This document shows, piece by piece, positions 1-9,719 of a stretch of 64,000 nt of DNA. Location of the stretch: NCBI GenBank assembly GCA_965112735.1, contig OZ218953.1, forward strand, positions 806,001 through 870,000. The letters are read 5' to 3'. This DNA is from Phaeosaccion multiseriatum. Lineage: Eukaryota; Protista; Ochrophyta, other classes. How positions within the stretch are numbered: position 1 is the first letter of the stretch; each line of letters opens with the position of its first letter. The translations under genes and the position numbers were made by a program. Under the pieces are notes generated by a model. It did no database searches. It had not been told where the DNA came from and saw nothing but the letters and a program-made list of their open reading frames with translations.

Positions 1-2523
1 TCCTCCTCCTCCTCCTCCTCCTCCTCCTCCTCCTCCTCCTCCTCTTCCTCCTCCTCCTCCTCCTCCTCCTTCTCCCATTCTCGCTCCTGCTCCTCCTCTA
101 CCTCCTCCTCCTGCTCATTTGCACCCGCTGCTTCTGACGGGAGAACGACGCGCATGACCTCTCCTCCTTCGTCTCCGTCTTCTTGCTCCTCATCACCCCC
201 ACCACCATTCCCCTCCCCTCCCCGCGACTTGTTGGTTGCTGCTATTACTACTACTGCTGCTGGAGGCGTGTGGTGGTCCGATTTAGTACTGGCGACGCTG
301 CTGGCTGGGCTGCTGATGCTGCCAGTGCTGGCGCTACTAACGGGGGAGGCACAGGGAGCCTTCGAAGAAGCAGCGGCTCTCGCTTTGGCTTTGGAGGGAA
401 GAGGGCTGTTCATGCTGCTGCTGCTGTGCTCTTGGGAGAGGAAGCCTTGGATTGGAGCCTGCTTTTGCAGTGCGGCGTTGAGATGGAAGGTCTGGCGGCT
501 TGCCTTCCACACCTCGTGGAGAGCATCCTTCAGTGCCTGGTGTCAGGAGGGCACGGTGGGTGGGGTGAGGGGGGAGGAGGCGGAAGTGAGTGAGTGAGTG
601 AGTGAGTGAGTGAGTGAGTGAGAGTGAGTGAGTGAGTGAGTGAGTGAGTGAGTAAGTGAGTGAGTGAGTGAGTGAGTGAGAGTGAGTGAGTCAGTGAGGG
701 AGTGAGTGAGTGAGAGAGTGAGTGAGTGAGTGAGAGAGTGAGTGAGTGAGTGAGTGAGTGACAGTGAGTGAGGGAGTGAGGGTGAGTGAGTGAGTGAGTG
801 AGTGAGAGTGAGTGAGTGAGTGACAGTGAGTGAGGGAGTGAGGGTGAGTGAGTGAGTGAGAGAGTGAGTGAGTGAGTGTGAGTGAGGGTGTGAGAGTGAG
901 AGAGTGAGTGAGTGAGTGAGTGAGTGAGTGAGTGAGTGAGTGAGTGAGTGAGTGAGTGAGTGAGTGAGTAAGTGAGTAAGTGAGTAAGTGAGTGAGTGAG
1001 TTGGTGAGTGAGTGAGTTAGTGAGAGTGAGTGAGTCAGTGAGTGAGTCAGTGAGTGAGTGAGTGAGTGAGTGAGTGACAGTGAGTGAGGGAGTGAGGGTG
1101 AGTGAGTGAGTGAGAGAGTGAGTGAGTGTGAGTGAGGGTGTGAGAGTGAGAGAGTGAGAGAGTGAGTGAGTGAGTGAGTGAATGTGCACGTGCCTCCTGG
1201 TGTCTTCTGAGCACTGACCTGAAGTATTTTGGCCTCATCTATGATGAAGATCTCTCGCTTGTCGGGCGTCACGTTCACGTCAAACGTGCCCTGTGTATCC
1301 ATTGGGACCAGAGCAGAGCAGCAGCAGCAGCAAGTCAGCACTTGGTAATACAGCAGTTGGTGATACAGCACCAGCAAAGGTAGCAAGTGCAAACCCCCTG
1401 ATACAATGGTATGCCAGCCCCACGACACACGCGACTCACTCACTCACTCACTCACTCACCGCCGGCAGCTGTAGATCCAACACGCAAGCAGGCTTCTGCT
1501 TCATCTCGTACTGCCGCCAGACCTCGTTCAGAGCCTAGTCACAGAAGTATCACCAACAGGGGAAGGGGGAAACCGAGAGAGAACCTCAGACTTGGCACCT
1601 ACCTACCGCAAGGAAGGCAGTGAACGGATGGCAGTCAACGGATGCAGCGCGAGTGCCCTCTCGAGACGTTCGCTCCGCTCCATCCCGAACAACCAACACA
1701 GTGCCTTCCCGCTCTTCATCCCTGCCTGCCCGGACTCCCTACCCTCCCCCCATCCCTCCCTCCCTCTCCCCCCCTATCCCCTCCCTCCCCACCTTGGTGA
1801 CCCTCGGCAGGTCCACAGGTCTCCCGTTGAGGAAGATGAATTGCCTGTCGTTGTCGCTTCGACCCACGCCCTCTCCCGCCTTGGACACCAGTCCTACTAT
1901 GCGGACAGGAGGGCAAGGGGTGGCATCCTCCTGCTCCTTCCCGCCCTCCTCCCCCTTCTCCTCCTTGCCCTCCCCCTCCTCTTCTTCCCTCTCCTCTTCT
2001 TGATCCTTCGCCAGCACGGGGTCACCTCCCTCCTTCTCGGCTGCTGGAGAGGAGGAGGAAGAGGAAGGGGCGACCTTTGCCTCTGCGTTGGAACCACCGC
2101 TGCCGCTGCCACTACCGCTGGCGCTACCACTGGCGCTGCTGCCCCCTCCTGTCTCTACGTGGAGGGGAATGAGAGTTGACATGAACTTTGCTCCAAACAC
2201 GTTCGTAACGTTGTGTTTGAGCGTGTTGTTGTTCTGTCGAGCAAAAGCAAAACGAAGGAGAGGGAGCGAGAAGGGTGAGGTGCCCTGATGCACCTTAAAT
2301 GAGACAACAAGCACCCCACTCACTAACCCACACACCCAACTCCCACCCACCCACCCGCCCACCGACTTACGCACCATCCACCCGCCCATCCATCCACCCA
2401 CGCACGCACCCACCCACCCAATGACATACCACATCCACCCACCTGGGTACTGATGAGAGTCTGCCTCTTGCCCGCCGCAGTCACGTTCGTCACTGAAATC
2501 AAATTAACACGCACCCAGGGCGA

Positions 2524-2556
<33 letters not shown>

Positions 2557-4055
2557 CAACGGCGCTGTCGGTCAGTATAAAGCACAAACACACACGCACT
2601 CGTACCCACGCACACACGCACACGCACCGGTGATGCGCACGCCCACGCTGACGAGTGCGTAGGCCTGCATGACACGCAAGAGCTTGTTGAACTGCGTCTT
2701 GATGTTACGCTTGAACTCGCCGCGGCGAACCGGCAGGGGGGAGAATATGTCTAAGAAGGGCAGGGCAGAGGGAAGGCGGCGCAGAGAAGGTGGGTGGGGT
2801 GGGTGGGGTGGGTGGGTGGGGAGGGTGGGTGGCGTAGGGTATGAAGAGGGGGGGGAAAGGACGAGCAACACACCCAAACAGACACTTCCACTCGTACGCC
2901 CATCTTACCCGTGACACTCACTGTGGTGCCCACTTGCCGAGGAGCCATGTCCTGTCGTTGGTGTGTGTAGGGTGGGAGAAGGCAGACAAGACGGCAAGGC
3001 AGGCAGGAGAGAAGGCAGACGGGTAGGCCCGGTTGATTCATGGGGGTTCAGATGGCGAGTCAGATGAAAGAGACAAACGGCAGTGGACGACAAGGTTTGG
3101 CTGATGGCTCGCTGCGAGCAGGCCACACGCAAGTGCAGGACACGGGCCTGTGGTCATAAAGCCAATGGCGAGTGTTGTATGTAGTGTGTAGCAAGTATTG
3201 ACCGGGGAGCGAGAGGGAGGGGAGGGAAGGAGGGAAGAGAGTGCACCTACCGGACCCAGAGAGGCACCCCACTATTACCAATACTACCGCTATTGCTGCT
3301 GCTATTGGTACACCATCCACCACTACTGCTGCTGCAGCTCTTTTACCTCTTTCTCCAGGCTACAGGTCCGCGAGTAGGAGAGCTTCCTGCCCACCGATTG
3401 GTCCGCGGTGCGTGTGGTGACCGTGAAGGTTCCCGCCAGCTCGCACAGAGAGCTCAGTGCCTCGCCCCGGAAGCCGAAGGACGTCACATGCGCCAGATCC
3501 TAGGCGGATTGGAGGGGATATTATCATGAGGATCGGGTAAGGGAGAGAGGGAGGGCAGGGGTTGTTCTCTCTTCTGTCATGTGCATGTCTGCCCTCCGGA
3601 AGGGACGCTGCACTCACCTCGAAGGCGGAGAGCTTGCTGGTGTGGTACTTTTTGACGAGCCCCTGGTAGTTGGCTGGGGACACTCCTCCGCCGTTGTCGC
3701 TCACCTCGAGCAAGTCGATGCCTTTGTCCTTTAGCTTTACCTCCACGTGCTTGGCGCCAGCATCCTAGGGGAGACGGAAGATGGACCAGAGAATGGGGGT
3801 GAGGGCTTCCCAACAGAGAGGAGGCAGGTACCACGAGAGATGATGTAACACAGTCGATCCAAATGGCACGGAAGGACGATGAGAGGGAGAGAGAGGGTGG
3901 CGATTCAAGTGGAAAGAGCTGTAAATCCCCCCCCCCTTACTCACAATGGCATTCTCTACGAGCTCCTTCGCCGCTGTGGCCAAGTCAGTCACCACTTGGC
4001 CACTGCAGATGCGGGCCACCGACACCTTGTCGATGGCCTCAATGCGAGACGCCAT
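1..4055 (-). CDS. PMS2: DNA mismatch repair MutL-family endonuclease PMS2 (plant/yeast PMS1), multi-exon, 3' part extends beyond the window
   Basis: Spliced exons read MASRIEAIDKVSVARICSGQVVTDLATAAKELVENAI (3945-4055), DAGAKHVEVKLKDKGIDLLEVSDNGGG..KYHTSKL (3618-3764), TSFGFRGEALSSLC (~3347-3499), GTTV, LPVRRGEF, GRSDNDRQFIFLNGRPVD, FDVNVTPDKREIF. These are the GHKL ATPase and transducer motifs of MutL/PMS2, with GT-AG introns. Confidence 0.93.
586..1181. repeat. (GAGT)n/(ACTC)n tetranucleotide microsatellite in a PMS2 intron
   Basis: ~600 bp of imperfect GAGT units. Source of the spurious HSLT-repeat ORFs. Confidence 0.95.
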
Positions 4056-4340
4056 TGTTCCCTTCCTTCTATAGTTCTCCCCACTCTGACAGCTAAGCAA
4101 CAACAGCCCGTCCACTCTTCCCCGGCTGGGAAAGGGGACTACTACGGCTCTTTCTCTGAGGGAGAGGGTCTCAGCAGCTGGATAGGAGAAGACAGAAGAG
4201 GGGGGGGGGGGGAGGAGAGAGACGGAGAGGAGAGAAAGTGAGTTTTAAAAAAAATGGCAGCTGATGGGAGTGCCTGGGTGTGGGGGTGTGGGAAAAAAGG
4301 AAGGAAGAAGAATAAGTGTAATCGCAAATAGGCAATAGTG

Positions 4341-6212
4341 ATGGCCCCTGAGGGGAGCAACACGTTTGATGGGACTGCGGGATTGCGAATCGTAGCGAGG
4401 CTCTTCTCAAGCAAGGACCTGTGGGGTGTGTGCAAGGAGGTTGATGAGGTCACCTCCCGAACTATCACGGTCAACGGCAGCAAGTTCTTGGGCAGACTGA
4501 AGCTGCAGAAAGAAGAGGAGGAAAGAAGAAATGGGGGTGCCAGCGCTGCTGCTGCGGCGGCTGACGGAGGGGGGGGAAGATCGAGGAGGACTCGGGCGAG
4601 GCAGAAGGAGGAGCAGCAGGGGCGCCGTGGACAGATGCAGCGCAGCATTCACAACCGGGGGTTCTTTCGCGTCACAGCCGTGAGGTTGCACGACATGGTG
4701 CACAAATCTGGGACAAGCTACGAGGACGCCCTTCGTGATGGGGAGGCTCTCGTGACGACCACCTTGGCGGTGCTACCAACATCGGTTAAGCATGTCAGCT
4801 TCGCAGGATATCACGGCCCCTTTCAAGCCGGCTTAGCTCTACCAAGCACTGTGGAGGCGGTGGACTTTGGTATGTGTTTCAATCAACATGTCCATCTTCC
4901 TTTGTCCCTGAAGAGTGTTCTGTTTGGGAACGAATTCAATCAGCATGTGGACCTTCCTTGTGGTGTGGAGGAGGTGGTGATGGGGACTTCCTTTAACCGC
5001 CCTCTCGTCCTCCCTGCCTCGGTGAAGCGGATTGAGTTTTGCTTGGGTTCCATATTCAATCAGCTGCTGACCCTTCCTGACGGTGTGTGGAAGGTGACGA
5101 TGGGGATGGACTTCAACCTCCCTCTCGTCCTCCCTGCCTCGGTGAAGTGGATTGAGTTTAGCCTGTTTTCCATATTCAATCGGCCGTTGACCCTTCCTGA
5201 CGGTGTGTTGAAGGTGACGATGGGGCGCGCCTTCAACCTCCCTCTCGTCCTCCCTGCCTCGGTGAAGTGGATTGAGTTTAGCCTGTTTTCCATATTCAAT
5301 CAGCCGTTGACCCTTCCTGACGGTGTGGAGGACGTGAAGATGGGGCCCGACTTCAACCAGCAGTTGACCCTTCCTGACGGTGTGGAGAACGTGAAGATGG
5401 GGCGCGACTTTAACCTCCCTCTCGTCCTCCCTGACTCGGTGAAGAAGATTACGTTCGGCGAGGGATCCCGATTCAATCAGCCTCTGGTCCTTCCTGATGG
5501 TGTGGAGGACGTGTGGATGGAGGGCGAGTTTAACCTCCCGCTGGTCATTCCTCCCTCAGTGAAGACGGTTCATTTTGGTAGACGCTTCAATCAGCAGTTG
5601 ACCCTTCCTGACGGTGTAGAGAAGGTGATGATAGAGGGAGACTTTAACCTCCCTCTCGTCCTCCCTGCCTCGGTGAAGGTGGTTGCGTTCGAGGAGGCTT
5701 CGGTTTTCAATCAGCACTTGACCCTTCCTGACGGTTTGGAGAAGATGTACATGCGGGGAGACTTTAACCTCCCTCTCGTCCTCCCTGCCTCGGTGAAGGT
5801 GGTTGAGTTTGGGGCGGCTTCCGTTTTCAATCAGCACTTGACCCTTCCTGACGGTTTGGAGAAGATATACATGGCGGGTGCCTTCAACTCCGCTCTCGTC
5901 CTCCCTCCCTCGCTGAAGCAACTTCGATTTGACTTCGCTTCCAAGTTCAATCAGCCTCTTCTTCTGCCTTGCGGCCTGGAGAGGCTGGCGCTGGGAGCTG
6001 CCTTCAGTTTTCCTCTCATCACTATTCCTGCTTCGCTTCAGCTTCTCATCCTGGCAGGTGAGTACGCCTGCCCCCTGCCAGCAGATGTACCCGATGGGCT
6101 GCAGGTGCTGAGATATGCAAACAAGGACGATGTCTACCGCAGTGAAGTTATCTGCGAAGCTTTCAGGACCTTCCGATCCGAGGAGGAGTATATGAAGTCG
6201 ATCTTTCGCTAG
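4341..6212 (+). CDS. Intronless FNIP-repeat (LRR-like) protein with possible N-terminal F-box
   Basis: Uninterrupted ORF from ATG 4341. About 21 repeats of FNxPLxLPx(S/G)(V/L)xx(I/V)x(F/M)G of 19/21 aa. N-terminal LRIVARLFSSKDLWGVCKEV resembles an F-box core. Confidence 0.88.
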   Translation: MAPEGSNTFDGTAGLRIVARLFSSKDLWGVCKEVDEVTSRTITVNGSKFLGRLKLQKEEEERRNGGASAAAAAADGGGGRSRRTRARQKEEQQGRRGQMQRSIHNRGFFRVTAVRLHDMVHKSGTSYEDALRDGEALVTTTLAVLPTSVKHVSFAGYHGPFQAGLALPSTVEAVDFGMCFNQHVHLPLSLKSVLFGNEFNQHVDLPCGVEEVVMGTSFNRPLVLPASVKRIEFCLGSIFNQLLTLPDGVWKVTMGMDFNLPLVLPASVKWIEFSLFSIFNRPLTLPDGVLKVTMGRAFNLPLVLPASVKWIEFSLFSIFNQPLTLPDGVEDVKMGPDFNQQLTLPDGVENVKMGRDFNLPLVLPDSVKKITFGEGSRFNQPLVLPDGVEDVWMEGEFNLPLVIPPSVKTVHFGRRFNQQLTLPDGVEKVMIEGDFNLPLVLPASVKVVAFEEASVFNQHLTLPDGLEKMYMRGDFNLPLVLPASVKVVEFGAASVFNQHLTLPDGLEKIYMAGAFNSALVLPPSLKQLRFDFASKFNQPLLLPCGLERLALGAAFSFPLITIPASLQLLILAGEYACPLPADVPDGLQVLRYANKDDVYRSEVICEAFRTFRSEEEYMKSIFR

Positions 6213-6481
6213 ACTGATACCTACCCTCTGAATTGTTCGGACCGGGAGGTGTCAGTATAGCAAAAGTACGACTTGTAACAGGAGCCCCCCCCCTGAGCAG
6301 GAGGAAGGAGAAGGTGACTCTATCGGTTGATGCGTTGGACAGGAGCATTTTTCTCACCAAGAGGAAGAGGTGCGTGGGTAGGAAGGAAAGGAAGGAAGTA
6401 GATAGATAGGTAGGTAGGTAGGTAGGTAGGTAGGTAGGTAGGGGGAAGAAGAAAAGGGAAATATAATAATACTTCGTAGTA

Positions 6482-9400
6482 TTATATGCCAAACTTGCCG
6501 TGTGCGTCAAAGTCCTGCAGCAGCTGCTGGGCAATCTCCGCCACGAGCACCTGCGTCTCGTTGCCCGCCAAGCGGCTCACAGATGGGTAGAGGTCGAAGT
6601 CCCTCAGCAGGGCCCGAGGGTTGGCGTGCTGTGTAAAGACGATCTTGAGCATGCTCAGCAGGGCCTTGCCTACGAGTGCCTTGGGGTAGTGCAGGCGCTC
6701 CTTCACCTCCTCCACGAAGCGAGGCTCCCTCCCCAGGGCTTGCGCCAGTCCGCTCGAGCGCTGCGGGTGGGTGGGATTATATTGTATATATATATACATA
6801 TACATATATATAGAGTGGGGTGGTTTGGGGTGTGTGGTTGAATAAAATTGGTGCTGGTGGGTTGAGTGTGTTCGTTTCTGGTTGTTTGGTCCCGTAGTTT
6901 ATTCTACCCCGCTCCATACCCACCCCGTCTGCATCATGGTATAGAAGCTCATTCAGCACCGCATTTGACATCCATCTCTTGATTCGGCATTGGGCAAGGA
7001 CCATCAAACTGAAACGCAAACTGCGCCACTCTCATCCCATTGCTGACTTACTGAATCCAGTCACTCTCCCTTCCTTACCTGCATCATGGCGTGCAGCTCC
7101 TTCACCACCACCTCGAACTCTGCCTGCTGCGAGGCACAGTAGATGTCGATCAGCACGGCCAGGTGCGCCTTGCGAGTGAGTAGCTGGGTCATTCGCTCGT
7201 GGTCGTTCAGCAACCACACACTCAAAGCGCGGAAACACGTCACGTGCCACTGTCGATCTCGGCGGTTGGCCATCAGGTCCAAGTAGAACTCTGTTTTTCA
7301 GTTCAAAAGTTCGAAAGTTGGTTGTGTTTTGCCATTTGTGGCGTGCCATTGCAATACCAAGAGGGAAAGGCGAGAAGCAAGGGGAAAAGATGAGAGGTGT
7401 TATGTTATGACACGGAAAGGTCTTGGCAGAGATAGTAAGCGGGCATCTCGCTGATCTCGCTCACCTGCTCCTTTCCGCCTTCCTCCTCCCCCTCAACACC
7501 CATCCGCACATACACACACACATACACACACAAACACACACATACACACACATACACACACATACACACACATACACAAACACACACTCACACACACATA
7601 CACACACATTACACACACACATACACACACTCACACACACACACACACACACTCACACACACACACACACTCACCCGCGCTGCCGCAGTTCCAAAGGATG
7701 TCCCTGACGGTATTGGAGGTGTGTGCCATATCGCATATAATGTTGAGTGCAAACTGCTTCATACGAGACTCCTCTCGGATGCAGCGCATGAGGTGCGGCA
7801 CAAACCCAGCCACCGCCGCCTTCTCCTGCCGCTTCTTGATGAGCCTGCAGAGGTAGAAGAGGCACTGGAACACTTGGTTCTCCACCTCCTTCACGCCGCC
7901 GCCAGGGGTGCTGGACCCGCTGCCCCTGCGATGGCTGCCCGCATGACTGCTACCCGGAGTAGTCATGCCGGTATGACTGCGGCTGCTGCCACTGCCAGTG
8001 CCACTGCCACTGCTACTGGGCCCTCCTCCTCCTCCTCCTCCTCCTCCTGCTGCTGATGATGCTGCTGCTGCTGGCCCTCCTTTGATGCCCCCTCCCATTA
8101 TGCTGCCCCCTCCGCCCACCTCTCCATCTCGCCCAGAAGAGACCCCTGTGCCTGTGCGTGAAAACAGAGGACACGCGCGAGACGTGGGTGTGGAAGGTGG
8201 AAACAGTAAGGAAACAGTATAGAAATAGGAAAGGTCTAAGTTTTAAAGGGAACGCATCGTAACGTTCCTGCTCGGTATAGGGGGAAGCACATACACCAAC
8301 TCGGAGTCCACATACCCACTCCTTCATCACCTTCCTCAATCGGAAGCAGCCAGCAGCTCATAGAAGCAAACCGTCCAGTTTCTATCGACGGACTATCTTT
8401 GGGCTGTGTCAATAATATATGTCAATGAATAAGCAAGATGATGCACGCCACGCCGAACGACCACCCCTCCCCACCCCCCTCACCCCATCCACCCCTCTCA
8501 CTTACTGTGAAACAGGTCGTCGTCCCCTGGTCTATGCAGGAGAGAGATGAGGGTGGGTATGGCGTCGGCGTCGTCCAGCCTCTCCAGCGTGAAGGGGTCC
8601 ATGGAGATGTTCTTGAGTACGAGCAGGAGCGTCACAACGAGCCTGTGCAGCTGGGGAGGGGGCTTGTGTTGGCTGTGGGGCCGCACAGCAGTTGGTGATA
8701 CTGCCGTTCGTGGTATAGCAGTTGGTGGTACAGCGGTGGGTGGTAGAGCAGTTGGTGGTACAGCAGCAGTTGGTAGTACAGCAGCTGTGTTGGAGGCCTT
8801 TCGAAGAGCGTCCAACACTCCTTCGAGACAGCCCTCCTTGGTCATGCCCTCCTTCACGACTCGGTCACTCTTGCTAAAGTTTGTCAAAATCTCGGCCTGT
8901 TCGCATGGCAGGAGAAGGGAGGGAGGGAGGGAGGGAGGGAGGGAGGGAAGGAAGGAGGAGAGAGGAGGGAGGAGGGAGAAGGGAGGAGGGCAGTCGTTAA
9001 ATTAAGCACAGATTGAGAGGGAAGTCCCAGTGAAATGGGCGAACAAGCGCGCGACTCAGCGGCTCCAACTCCAACTCTTGTATGACCAACACACTCACAT
9101 GTTTCTCCAAGTACGCCCAAGTGGTCTCTGCCCCGCCCTCTTCTTCTCCATCCCCCGCCCCTACCCCTGCCCCATTAGCTGCTACCCCGCTGGGAGGCGG
9201 CGAAGCATCACCAGCACCACCAACCCCAGTTCCTGCAGCAGCAGTTGGTGATACAGCAGCAGCAGCAGCAGCCTTGGCGGCCTCTCTACGGAGAGCCGCG
9301 TCGAGCATCGTGCCAAAGCTTGTCATGACGTGCGCCAGCAGGCCGAGGCGCAGGAAGAGCCTGCAAAAGTCGTTCCGTCTGCTGCGCTGGAGGTCGAACA

Positions 9401-9688
9401 CGCGAAGCACGCCGTCAATGCCCAAATGCACCAAGGTCAGCGCGTCGTCTTGCTGCTGCCCCGCCGCTTGGCTGCGGCTGCTGTTGATGAGTAGCTGCTG
9501 CTGCTGCTGCTGCTGTATCGCCAACTGCTGCTGCTCCTGCTGCTGCTGTGGCGACAAGTACTGCTGCTGCTGTGGTTGCGCCTTGCTACCCTTGCGCAGA
9601 AAAGCCGCAGTCCGCCCTAACAGAATCCCTCCTGATCCTCCTCCTCCTCCTCTTGCTGGCGCTGCTGGTGCTGCTGTTATTGCTCGTT

Positions 9689-9719
<31 letters not shown>

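Noticed and set aside
530-1443. Long HSLT-repeat ORFs (also 51999-52682)
   Set aside because: Translations of intronic (ACTC)n microsatellites.
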